From a virus (lineage: Duplodnaviria; Caudoviricetes): a stretch of 58,639 nucleotides of DNA. Below the pieces are notes generated by a model that did not search any database, was not told the origin of the DNA, and saw only the letters and a list, made by a program, of their open reading frames with translations. Positions within the stretch are counted from its first letter, which is position 1. Every line of letters begins with the position of its first letter. Where the stretch lies: the IMG/VR virus record IMGVR_UViG_3300025997_000012, positions 1 to 58,639 of that record. One strand, 5' to 3'. The position numbers were made by a program, and so were the translations under genes. Positions 29,183-39,085 of this stretch are shown in pieces.

Positions 29183-29268
29183 TATTAAACCTTTATATAT
29201 TTATACTTTTATATTTATAAAAATTTTTAATATAAAAGGTCTAATAATGTGTGCTATTAAAGATAAAA

Positions 29269-30453
29269 TCACTTATTTTTAAGTTTGAATGCTTGCATTT
29301 TACCACTATTCATGGTCTCTACAATACTACCTGTTGGCTCAATTAACCATATAACTTTCTTATTTAAATTACTAAATTCTTGAACTTCACCACTATATAA
29401 CCAACCATCTGTTAAGACTACAATAGCATCGTAAGGTATTTTACATTCATTAGCTTTAGCGATAGCTGGGAAAATATCAGTACCACCACGGCCTTCTCGT
29501 GAAAATACTTTTGTATTTTTTGTTAATTCTTGAGGTGCATGTGCTACAGTATCGATTTGAATTAGATTAACCGTAGTATCAGTACAATTACATATATGTC
29601 TAACTTCTCCGATAGTATCATTTAATGCTTTATCACTCATTGAACCACTAACATCAGCAACGACTAATAAATCGAATGTTCTATCTTTCGTTTTACCTTT
29701 AACATCTTTACGACCAGGCATACGACGATCTCTTCTCATAATAGTTCGTCTTGTATTAGTTTTCTTATTACTAATAATATTACGTAAGACACTTCGCCAA
29801 TTAACTTCAGATGCTCTTGCATGTAATTTAATAAGATCATTAATATCACAAGGTAATGAACCAGCATGTTTAAGAGTGTATGTCATTGCATCTTCAATGA
29901 TTTTTTTAGTTATATCTTTCTGTAAGTTTTCATCACCTTGTGATTCTTCCCATGTATTATGTGTACTCATAACACCACCATCGTCACCTATATCATAATC
30001 TTTGATTTTGTCATAATAATATTCAGCTGTTTGATCGTAATCAACATCGATACCGTTATTAATAAATGTTAAAGGAGTAATACCATTTTTAGGTAAATGA
30101 TTTTTATCAATTAACTGATTAATAGCACAATCTGTAGCATATCTCCATATGTTAATGACGCGATTCATCTTTCTACCAATATGACCATGAATAATATGCA
30201 ACATTTCATGTTTAATAATAGCTAATCGACCTAATGAGTTATATTCATCAAATTTATCAGGATTAACGTACATAATGTAATGGTCTACATTAAATGATAC
30301 ACCTGTTGGTGCAGGTAATGTATAATCGATGGTGATAGAGCATTTGCCAAGTACACACGCATAAAATAAGTATGTTCTTTTAAATTCTGGATTAGACATC
30401 ATCATAGAAATTGTTGTATCTAATAACCCACGTGAAAATTTTGATTTTTGCAT
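29269..30453 (-). CDS. Metallopeptidase-like + VWA domain protein (DUF2201-like)
   Basis: HEMLH, ATDCAINQ, DVSGSMS (MIDAS), GRGGTD, VLTDG. Confidence 0.88.
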   Translation of the reverse strand: MQKSKFSRGLLDTTISMMMSNPEFKRTYLFYACVLGKCSITIDYTLPAPTGVSFNVDHYIMYVNPDKFDEYNSLGRLAIIKHEMLHIIHGHIGRKMNRVINIWRYATDCAINQLIDKNHLPKNGITPLTFINNGIDVDYDQTAEYYYDKIKDYDIGDDGGVMSTHNTWEESQGDENLQKDITKKIIEDAMTYTLKHAGSLPCDINDLIKLHARASEVNWRSVLRNIISNKKTNTRRTIMRRDRRMPGRKDVKGKTKDRTFDLLVVADVSGSMSDKALNDTIGEVRHICNCTDTTVNLIQIDTVAHAPQELTKNTKVFSREGRGGTDIFPAIAKANECKIPYDAIVVLTDGWLYSGEVQEFSNLNKKVIWLIEPTGSIVETMNSGKMQAFKLKNK

Positions 30454-30796
30454 ATTTATTCCTTATATTAAATATTCAGCAAAATAATTATCGAATTCTG
30501 ATTCTTCTAGTTATACTATTAGTGTATTAGACCTATCTTCAATACAAGTATCTGAATTTTTCCACCATTTAATTTCGTTATATTTAACATAAAATGATAT
30601 TAAATGTTCTACACTATTAAATAATGACTTCTCGGCATGTCTACCATTGTATATATCATCTTTAACAATATATATATATATATATGAATATTTTTTGTTT
30701 TTAATATTTTAATCATTTTTTAAGTACACATAATTTAATTTATAAATCTATCATATAATATAAATATAGTAATGTAAACAAAAATAATGGGGAAAA

Positions 30797-31294
30797 ATGG
30801 AATTAATTCAATTGAAAGCGATTGATGTATCTAGAATAAGAAATGAAATATTATTAAAGCAAAATAATAGATGTGCATTATGCAATGAACAAATTAATGA
30901 ATGTACAGGTTATTCATTAGATCACCAACATAAAATAGCTAGAGAAGTTATTGGTGAAGATGGTGCTGGATTAATTAGAGGTGTATTATGTAGGTCATGT
31001 AATGTATTAGAAGGTAAAATATGGAATAATACTAGAAGATATATTCAGCCAAAAAATGTACAAGAAAGAATAGAATTCTTAGAATCACTTATTTCTTATT
31101 ATAAACAACCCACATATCAATACATTCATCCGAGCGAAAATGTTAAAGAACCTATTGTGTCTAAACGTAATTATAACAAATTAAAAAAAGTTTACGATAA
31201 AAAAGCAAAATTCCCTGAATATCCTAAATCTAAAAAAATAACTATTAAACTTAAAGAATTATTCAAGGAATATAATATTGAACCTTATAATTGA
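30797..31294 (+). CDS. gp49: Recombination endonuclease VII
   Basis: QNNRCALC, LDHQH, G.IRGVLCRSCN..EG. Confidence 0.9.
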   Translation: MELIQLKAIDVSRIRNEILLKQNNRCALCNEQINECTGYSLDHQHKIAREVIGEDGAGLIRGVLCRSCNVLEGKIWNNTRRYIQPKNVQERIEFLESLISYYKQPTYQYIHPSENVKEPIVSKRNYNKLKKVYDKKAKFPEYPKSKKITIKLKELFKEYNIEPYN

Positions 31295-31298
31295 TTAA

Positions 31299-31544
31299 TT
31301 ACCAATCAGTTTCATTTTTAATATTATTGTGTAATTCACAATCTTTAGCAATAAATGATTTAAAATAAATATCGTCATTTATTGCATCTCCTACACATTC
31401 CACAGCTATATCATATTGGAAACTAAAGTCAAAAATAATATCAATTAATGATAGTTCTGGATGATGTAGTTTAGTTTCTTCTATGAATTTTAATACTTCT
31501 GCTACTAATTTTGGATAATCTTTTTCATCATAAATTGTCATCAT
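31299..31544 (-). CDS. gp33: Late transcription coactivator, gp33-like
   Basis: Small acidic protein coupled to gp55-like gene; SLIDII.DF....DI..E pattern. Confidence 0.55.
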   Translation of the reverse strand: MMTIYDEKDYPKLVAEVLKFIEETKLHHPELSLIDIIFDFSFQYDIAVECVGDAINDDIYFKSFIAKDCELHNNIKNETDW

Positions 31545-32649
31545 TTATATTCTCCTCTACTTCAGATTTTTCTGGAGTTTTTCTCATGATACTCATTTTG
31601 CTATCAAGAAGATGTTTGATTTTGTTGTACTCATCGAATTCAATTACATAATCTTCTGGATAATAAATATTTAATCTATAATTATCATTAATTGTTTTTA
31701 ATAATTCATACAATGATATCTCTGTAGATACAAGGAAAATATTGTTAGTATCTTCGATTTCATCATCATGTTCAATAACAGCTATATTATGATTATATTT
31801 TTCTAATAAATTGTTTATTTTTTCTTCATCATTTGTTCTATAAAGAATAGTATCAGGAGCATAAATAACATTTACACTATAGTGTGTTTTGATATTAAGT
31901 AATGCTTCTTCAAGTGTTTTATTGCTAAGATCAAGGTCAACATTGAATTCGAAAAATGAATCATTTATGTTTTTCTTGATATAAAATGATGTATTTAGAT
32001 ATTCTTGACTTTTAAGAGTTAAGTTATGTTTAAGATGTTCCAAGCCGAACTGTTTCTTAAGTTTTTCTAATTCACTTTTCTTAGTATTAATAATATATAA
32101 AATACTCATATGAATAATTTGTGAAATATATGCGAATGAGCTAACTGGCAAAAATGTTATTTTCGATATTTTATTATGATTAAAGTTATGTGAATACTTT
32201 AAAATTTTGTATACTGCATCTGAATAAAATTCATCGCGATATGTATAACTAGAAAATTGTGGTTTTCTTAAAATATTTTTAATCATTAATAAGATAATTT
32301 CACCAAACTTTTCAAATGATTCATCATCTATTAAAGTTTGTTCACTTAATCTGATAATAACATTTTTAAGTTTATTTTTTACACACCTTTTATTGTTAGG
32401 TAATTTATACTTGATTTTAAGTAATTTCACATACCATTTAATGTACTTATTAATCTTTTTATTATTATGTGTGTCATTTATATTTTCATCATTTCTATTA
32501 TTGATTCTTATCAGTAATGACTTCAATTCCATTTCATTTGTATAATTGTGTTTAATTTTAGTTGTGCGTGGTGTTTGTACATTTTGTACATTTTGTAGAG
32601 TTTTAGGTTTTACACCTAAACTTTTTTCATATATATATTCTTCTTGCAT
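31528..32649 (-). CDS. gp55: Late sigma factor gp55-like with C-terminal extension
   Basis: HNYTNE.EL, GEIILLMI......F..YTYRDE, FAYISQI motifs. Confidence 0.8.
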   Translation of the reverse strand: MQEEYIYEKSLGVKPKTLQNVQNVQTPRTTKIKHNYTNEMELKSLLIRINNRNDENINDTHNNKKINKYIKWYVKLLKIKYKLPNNKRCVKNKLKNVIIRLSEQTLIDDESFEKFGEIILLMIKNILRKPQFSSYTYRDEFYSDAVYKILKYSHNFNHNKISKITFLPVSSFAYISQIIHMSILYIINTKKSELEKLKKQFGLEHLKHNLTLKSQEYLNTSFYIKKNINDSFFEFNVDLDLSNKTLEEALLNIKTHYSVNVIYAPDTILYRTNDEEKINNLLEKYNHNIAVIEHDDEIEDTNNIFLVSTEISLYELLKTINDNYRLNIYYPEDYVIEFDEYNKIKHLLDSKMSIMRKTPEKSEVEENINDDNL

Positions 32650-32716
32650 TAAAACACTCCTTTAGTTCGATATAAATAATTATAATATATAATTAGTTAA
32701 CTTGGGGTAAAAAAGT

Positions 32717-33193
32717 ATGAATATTAATAACTTAGCACAAAAAACCAATTGGGTTGGTGGTAGTGCAAAATTCAAAAAAGTACCATTTTATTTGACATCA
32801 TTAAATATTCCAGGGATGGACTTCGGAAATATAGAATCTGGTGCTAGACATTCAGCTCCTATAAATTTTGCGTCTGATACTATTAGTTTTCACATATTAG
32901 CTATTGATATGTTAATAGATGAGGATTTTTTAATATACGATGAGTTTATGAAAGTAATAAACGAGCATATATCAGTAGATAATGGCACATTTTCAAATAT
33001 TGATTTTGATTTCTTCATCGATATTTCAAATAATAAAGGTAATCATTTATTCACTATTGAATTTTATGGGTGTCATTTAGAATCAATAAGTGACATATTT
33101 TTAGATACACAAGATGAATCTACCGAACACGAATTAAATATTGAAATTAAATACGATTATTTTAAATATAATAGAACAAAATTTAAAAAGTAA
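32717..33193 (+). CDS. gp3: Tail completion/tube terminator gp3-like
   Basis: F.L.S.NIPG, L.IDMLIDED...Y; late promoter at 32671-32678. Confidence 0.7.
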   Translation: MNINNLAQKTNWVGGSAKFKKVPFYLTSLNIPGMDFGNIESGARHSAPINFASDTISFHILAIDMLIDEDFLIYDEFMKVINEHISVDNGTFSNIDFDFFIDISNNKGNHLFTIEFYGCHLESISDIFLDTQDESTEHELNIEIKYDYFKYNRTKFKK

Positions 33194-33812
33194 TCGCCCA
33201 TATAATTCTTAATTTAACAGTACTATTCTTTTCTTGCTCATTAAATGTACGCATTGCAAATAATGTTCCATTTGCGTACAATCCAGCTTCACTATATTTT
33301 ACACCAATTGATTCATCTTCTGTACCGTTTCCTTCACCTGTTAATAAGTCAAAAGAGAATGTTACTGTACTCCCATTTTCTTCTACTAATATTGTTTGGT
33401 CTACTGCTCCAGATTTAGTAAATGTTGCAGGGTCATACACATAAGGATGATTATTAGGTAATCCACTTAATAAAAAATTCTTTTCATGTGTATATGAACC
33501 CAATTCTTCAGAAAACAATTGTGTTCTGAACTTATCATAAGTTTTTACTAATCCAGTATTAATATCAAAACCATCTACACCTAGTATAATCTTATCAATA
33601 AATGGTAATGGTTCTGCCTCATAATTAAATGGGTCATTAGGTGTCAAATTAGCATGTAAATTAGCAAAAATATTCATCATTACTGAACGAGCACCGTTCA
33701 TAATCATATTATTTTCTGCCCATTCAGATATAACATTATCTTTATTATCTAAAGACTGAATTTTAAAATAACCTTTTATACCTGCGTATTGTTCTTTAAC
33801 CATATTACTCAT
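33183..33812 (-). CDS. Baseplate wedge/tail-fibre attachment protein
   Basis: YSEAGLYANG.LFA.RTF...K motif; baseplate context. Confidence 0.6.
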   Translation of the reverse strand: MSNMVKEQYAGIKGYFKIQSLDNKDNVISEWAENNMIMNGARSVMMNIFANLHANLTPNDPFNYEAEPLPFIDKIILGVDGFDINTGLVKTYDKFRTQLFSEELGSYTHEKNFLLSGLPNNHPYVYDPATFTKSGAVDQTILVEENGSTVTFSFDLLTGEGNGTEDESIGVKYSEAGLYANGTLFAMRTFNEQEKNSTVKLRIIWAITF

Positions 33813-34113
33813 TAATCCACATTAAATTAGCTACAGTAGGGTCTATGGGGTCCTGTATTAAATATGCTCTATATGTCTTATTATTAGTTTCATTAAACCA
33901 TAAATCACCATTTTTAACACCATCATCAGAACTATATAATGTTTTATCAGATGCAGCATCACCAGGACTATAAATTGGAGCATTTGGTGAAGATCTATAT
34001 CTTACATAGTATTCTAATTCAGTTGTTAAGTTATGTGCTCTAATTATTGCTTTTACTGCATCTTCTGCAGGTAATCTTACACCGTATGGTGAAAAACCGT
34101 CATTTGTTGCCAT
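33805..34113 (-). CDS. Putative structural protein
   Basis: GDLWFNE motif typical of fibre/baseplate proteins; context. Confidence 0.55.
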   Translation of the reverse strand: MATNDGFSPYGVRLPAEDAVKAIIRAHNLTTELEYYVRYRSSPNAPIYSPGDAASDKTLYSSDDGVKNGDLWFNETNNKTYRAYLIQDPIDPTVANLMWINE

Positions 34114-34139
34114 ATTTTAATATCCTTTTTAATAATTAT

Positions 34140-35219
34140 TTATACAGTTGGTGTCAACATATTATCAACAGAAATTGTCTGTATACTAAATGTATCCGTT
34201 GTAAGGAAGTTATAATCGGAACTATAATCAGCGAATAATGTCCATATAGCTGAATAGTCATATATTTCGATATTAGATGAATTGACATATGAAACTTGAA
34301 CAGGATTAGCTATTCTAGTTAACACAGAACCATCAGAAAATGTTATTTGAATTTTATTTCTCACTTGATCATTTTCTAATGATGTATCAATAAAGTTTAT
34401 TATTTCTTTCTCATAAAAAACTGTTACTTGTTCATATATTTCATCAATATTAAATTTTTCACCGGTTAAAGGGTTATTTATTAACAAAAAACTGTCAATA
34501 ACACTTTGATTTATTACACCTGATGTTGTTTGGTGTTCTTGTAAAAATATGTGGTATAATCCATCTAAACTCTGTAATTTTAGGTTTGTAATATCATAAA
34601 TAATATCTAACCCATAATTATCTTGCATCGTTTTTGATGTCGTCTGAAAATAATTGTAAGTAAATCCAATCGGATGTGCTAACTCTTTTACAAATGACTC
34701 ATACAATTCTCTTACTAAACTACCTTCTACTTCGAAATGCATTGGTTGAACTTCAGTAAGTTTAATACCTGATGTAATTTCATTTGATTCTAAAAACTTA
34801 CCTAAATTATGTGCATAATTTAATGCCGCTTCAGTACCAATTCGTTCTTTGAAATTCTTATTCGTTATAAAATATTCATCATTAATAAGTTGAGCTGCTT
34901 CTTGCGCTAAAGGCATATACTTAAAATTAGAATTATCTAATTTAGTTTTTAATGTACTATCACGTTGTGCTTGTTTTAAGACATTATATAGTGATGTCAT
35001 ATATGTATTCAACATTGCTTCACGCAATATTTTCTTTGAATCTTGAACTATAACAGAATCATTATTATCATATCTATTATCATATATGTTCTTTATATCT
35101 ATAGCGATTTGAGAATTTTCTTCAATTATTCGAATAAAAATATCCATAGCATCTTGTACTAATTGAACATCCTTAATATTTTCAGGTATAATCGAATCAA
35201 ATATATTTTTTAAATCCAT
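34140..35219 (-). CDS. Baseplate wedge subunit (gp7-like)
   Basis: Follows gp6; GTE..L and LAHPIGF motifs. Confidence 0.6.
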   Translation of the reverse strand: MDLKNIFDSIIPENIKDVQLVQDAMDIFIRIIEENSQIAIDIKNIYDNRYDNNDSVIVQDSKKILREAMLNTYMTSLYNVLKQAQRDSTLKTKLDNSNFKYMPLAQEAAQLINDEYFITNKNFKERIGTEAALNYAHNLGKFLESNEITSGIKLTEVQPMHFEVEGSLVRELYESFVKELAHPIGFTYNYFQTTSKTMQDNYGLDIIYDITNLKLQSLDGLYHIFLQEHQTTSGVINQSVIDSFLLINNPLTGEKFNIDEIYEQVTVFYEKEIINFIDTSLENDQVRNKIQITFSDGSVLTRIANPVQVSYVNSSNIEIYDYSAIWTLFADYSSDYNFLTTDTFSIQTISVDNMLTPTV

Positions 35220-35228
35220 AATTTATCC

Positions 35229-38162
35229 TTAATTAAATGTTACACGTTGTAATCTTGGGATAACATTTCTACTAAATGACATATTATTAGAAGGATATGT
35301 TAAATTCAAATATCTATTAACTCTGAAATATTCCATAAGTAATGGTGATGATGTATAACTTGCAGGTGATACATGCTTAACGATTGTAGCATTTGGATTC
35401 ATCATCGATTCGTCAGCTGTTGCATAACCATCAGTCGTCAAATAATAACCATCGTTAGTTGTGAAATATAAGTTACAGTTCACACTTGATGTTAAGTATG
35501 ATTTAGGCGTAGTTAAATTCGATACACCTGATACATTAACATTTGTTCCGAATGTACTATTTACAACACCATTAATGTCATCCAATATGTTTTGTGGTGA
35601 TTCAAAATATTGATTCGCGTTAATATAAAGTTGAATAATAATGTATTTCTTATAAGAATTATATATTGTATAATGTCCACATAACACATTAGATGTGATT
35701 GTAAATTCATCATTTAAACTTAATGAAGTAATAACATTGCCATGTAATAATATAATTGAACTAATATCTGATTGGTAATCCCAATCAACACCATATTCCA
35801 TTGTAGTTCCATTATACCTAATTTCAACATTATCAAATGTGTAATCAGTAACATCAGCATTATCTAATCCAGTTGGGTCATCTGGAACAACTAAAGATTT
35901 ATCAAATGTAATATATGATTTATTACCTGAATTAAATGTAGAAACAATATTAGCATCTGTTATAGTATATGATGTGTTATCAGTCATTCTAATTGGTGCA
36001 ACGATTGCTTCATTATTAATATGTGTTAACGGCAAATTAGTCAGATCAACTTGTTGTGTAGTATCTTCTTGTGGCCAATCAACATATAGACTTTTAATAG
36101 TTTCGTTAGGTAAACCGAATGAAACAAAATTAGTCGTATCAATATTAGGCATATTATCGATAATTAAGAATCCATTTTCATCAAAATAATTTTCAAGTGG
36201 TACTGATAAAGGAATAAATATGTCCCTTAAGTCAGTGCTATAATTTTCAGTTGAAATGTTTTTAGCTGTTAATTGAATTTTAGTTGATGTATTAATATTA
36301 AAACCAGAAGCATCTGTTAAAACATAATCTATTCTACGTTCTAATGAACTTTGAAAATATTCAGAACCAAACTCTTCCATTTTTAAGTAATCGTTATAAC
36401 CAGTGAAATAATCATCCCCATTAAAATATGTATCAATTGCATTAAACACATTTGAATTAACTTCAGGTACTAAATCATCGATGTTATATTTAAGAACAGA
36501 AATGTCATATTCATAATCAACAAATATAGGGTGTCTATTATGGAATTCCATCGTAGGTATCTTATAGTTGTCTAATTTATCCCATACACCTAAGTTAATA
36601 AGCTGCTGATCACTATTATAAGTATTCGAACGAATCTCAGTATCTTCTAAATAATGACTTGAATAAAATATTTGGTTGTTTTCATACATAGTATTTAATG
36701 CATCAAATTCAACAGGGTCTTCAACGTCTAATGTATAATCCCAACTTACATTATTAGAATTATCTAAAATATAATTGTCATTATTTGCATTACTAGTAAA
36801 GTTTCTTGGGTATGTACTAGGCATAAAACTAAACCATATATGACCTGGTGATTTAGGAACTTCATCATCTCCACCCCAAACTTTAGAGTTTTTAATTGAT
36901 GTTTGTCTGTTGCAAAATGTTTCATAATCAGTCTTTAATACGATTCTATTAGCTGAATTATTAAATTTTGCAGCATTGTCGATAATAGATTGTATGGTTT
37001 CTTCATCTTGCCCATCTGATAATAAAGAAATTTTACTAACAGACATGTTATTAGATAATGTGTATTTTAATTGAAGAACATCTGTAATATCATAAATCGC
37101 ACCATCTGTGCCAGAAGTAGTTAAAACATTCATATTAACGATTGTACCTACCCTTAAACCAGCACCAACCCCAGCTAATTTAAAATATAATCTTGGTGTT
37201 CTATTTTCGATATTATCCAAGCGCATATATTGTTTACCGATTGAAAAATCAGTTTCAATTAAGAATCTATCAGCTTGTGTATATGGTTCTTTAACATTAA
37301 CTTCATTATTTTCATTGAAGCTAGTAACGAACATTTCAATACCATTTTCTTCTACATCAATATATGGAACATCAATAAAATATTGTGGAATAGTCGTACT
37401 AATAAACGAATCAACTGTTAAAATAGGGTTTCCATTGACGGAATATTCATTAATATTTTTAATTGTTGTAACATATTTAGGAAGTACTACTTTTGAAACG
37501 GTAATTTTAAATGTATCACCAGCTGATGCACCTAATTTTTCTATTTGTGAATCAAGGTAATAATATGTTTGACCATCAATTACAAATTCTGTGTATTTTT
37601 CAAGAACTAAATTCGCGTCCATTAAGAATTTTAATGTTAACGATAAATTCTGTTTTGAATCATCAGCAACATTCGTCGTAGTAACAGACAATTCATTTGG
37701 ATTATCAATATATTTGAATAAATTACCTTCTATTACAGTGATATCAATAGAATCATTAATACCATCGTTAAGATTATTATTTTCGATTGTTAACTGATCA
37801 CCCATATAGTAGTATTTTTTAGTGCCATAAGTAAATTCAGTATATTTGGGGATGATGTTTGTACCTTCACCCAATCGAATAGTTAAGTTATATTTGAAAG
37901 ATTTTTTATGTTGTATTTCGTAACCTAGAGCTCTTGCGTTTTGTAATGCATTATCTCTACGTGTTGTTAAAGGTAAAAGAGTTTCATTTATATTACCTGC
38001 AGTATTAACATTCAACATACTTGTCAAATATGACATAGCAGTTATTAATTGGGAAACATTTGAACCTTCTGCTGTATCGTATCCTTTTTCATCAAATTTT
38101 GTTTTTACACCATTATATAACTCATCAAAATTAAATGGTGCTGTTTCTTTTATGTCTGCCAT
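35229..38162 (-). CDS. gp6: Baseplate wedge subunit gp6
   Basis: FDEL, EGSN.S.L, ARALGY, DEET..SI...A....NR.V...DY, VWGG. Confidence 0.9.
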   Translation of the reverse strand: MADIKETAPFNFDELYNGVKTKFDEKGYDTAEGSNVSQLITAMSYLTSMLNVNTAGNINETLLPLTTRRDNALQNARALGYEIQHKKSFKYNLTIRLGEGTNIIPKYTEFTYGTKKYYYMGDQLTIENNNLNDGINDSIDITVIEGNLFKYIDNPNELSVTTTNVADDSKQNLSLTLKFLMDANLVLEKYTEFVIDGQTYYYLDSQIEKLGASAGDTFKITVSKVVLPKYVTTIKNINEYSVNGNPILTVDSFISTTIPQYFIDVPYIDVEENGIEMFVTSFNENNEVNVKEPYTQADRFLIETDFSIGKQYMRLDNIENRTPRLYFKLAGVGAGLRVGTIVNMNVLTTSGTDGAIYDITDVLQLKYTLSNNMSVSKISLLSDGQDEETIQSIIDNAAKFNNSANRIVLKTDYETFCNRQTSIKNSKVWGGDDEVPKSPGHIWFSFMPSTYPRNFTSNANNDNYILDNSNNVSWDYTLDVEDPVEFDALNTMYENNQIFYSSHYLEDTEIRSNTYNSDQQLINLGVWDKLDNYKIPTMEFHNRHPIFVDYEYDISVLKYNIDDLVPEVNSNVFNAIDTYFNGDDYFTGYNDYLKMEEFGSEYFQSSLERRIDYVLTDASGFNINTSTKIQLTAKNISTENYSTDLRDIFIPLSVPLENYFDENGFLIIDNMPNIDTTNFVSFGLPNETIKSLYVDWPQEDTTQQVDLTNLPLTHINNEAIVAPIRMTDNTSYTITDANIVSTFNSGNKSYITFDKSLVVPDDPTGLDNADVTDYTFDNVEIRYNGTTMEYGVDWDYQSDISSIILLHGNVITSLSLNDEFTITSNVLCGHYTIYNSYKKYIIIQLYINANQYFESPQNILDDINGVVNSTFGTNVNVSGVSNLTTPKSYLTSSVNCNLYFTTNDGYYLTTDGYATADESMMNPNATIVKHVSPASYTSSPLLMEYFRVNRYLNLTYPSNNMSFSRNVIPRLQRVTFN

Positions 38163-38195
38163 ATTGATTCCTATTTTATGTTTTATTATTTATAA

Positions 38196-38549
38196 TTACT
38201 GGAGTAAGCCAACCGAGATTTGTTCATCAACTTCAAGACCTTTATCAGTATAAGAATAAGAAATTGTTGCTATGGCTTTATTGAATTCGGGTACATCTTT
38301 AACAACTACACCTGTTACTATAATTCGTTTTTCCCATTTCTTTAAGGCTTCTTTAATATATTCAGCTATCAAAGATTTAGTCACATGATCAAGTGGATTA
38401 AATGTCACTTTATATAAATTAGAACCGAATGTTGGTTTCCCGGGCATTGAACCGATTTTTGTAAATAATATGTTCTTAATAGCATTATTAATAGCATGTG
38501 CATCAGTTACTGTTGTAGCTAATGTTCTATAGTCTGTATATAAAGCCAT
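38196..38549 (-). CDS. gp25: Baseplate wedge subunit gp25
   Basis: AI.N.IKNIL.T..G..P..P.FGS.L, WEKRI. Confidence 0.92.
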   Translation of the reverse strand: MALYTDYRTLATTVTDAHAINNAIKNILFTKIGSMPGKPTFGSNLYKVTFNPLDHVTKSLIAEYIKEALKKWEKRIIVTGVVVKDVPEFNKAIATISYSYTDKGLEVDEQISVGLLQ

Positions 38550-38580
38550 GAAAAATTTCCTTGTTTAAAAACTATTTATA

Positions 38581-39084
38581 TCAGGTTACTACTGCACTAT
38601 ATGTAGAACTACAATTACTACCACTTTCTGATATTGTCCAAATTATTGAATTTACTTGATTTTCGATAAATGAAAATAGATGTTCATAATATGGTGAAGA
38701 TTCATTCATAATACCTAATTGTGCTAAATAATCATCGATTGGCGAAGCTATTTTAGAAGCATCATTAGATATTGATGATATACTTGAACAATAAGATGGT
38801 GTTCCTTGTATAAGTTGAGCTGCCCAATATTCAGATATAACAGTACCCATCGTTTTATTAGTAAAGTTTAATAAACTTGGAGAACTTATCATAGAAACAG
38901 CTGGTGGATTAAAAGTTGCTGTTTGCGCATACGTGTCATAATTGGTACAAAAATCATACATCCACGTAGTTCCTGGATCTTTTGGAAATTGTTTTTGATT
39001 TACACCATGAGTATCATAATCATTTTTTAAAAAATCATAAGTATCATTCATATTACTTGAAAGTAAAGCATAATTTAAAGACAT
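38581..39084 (-). CDS. Hypothetical structural protein downstream of gp5
   Basis: ORF in baseplate operon. Confidence 0.65.
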   Translation of the reverse strand: MSLNYALLSSNMNDTYDFLKNDYDTHGVNQKQFPKDPGTTWMYDFCTNYDTYAQTATFNPPAVSMISSPSLLNFTNKTMGTVISEYWAAQLIQGTPSYCSSISSISNDASKIASPIDDYLAQLGIMNESSPYYEHLFSFIENQVNSIIWTISESGSNCSSTYSAVVT

Positions 39085-39085
39085 A

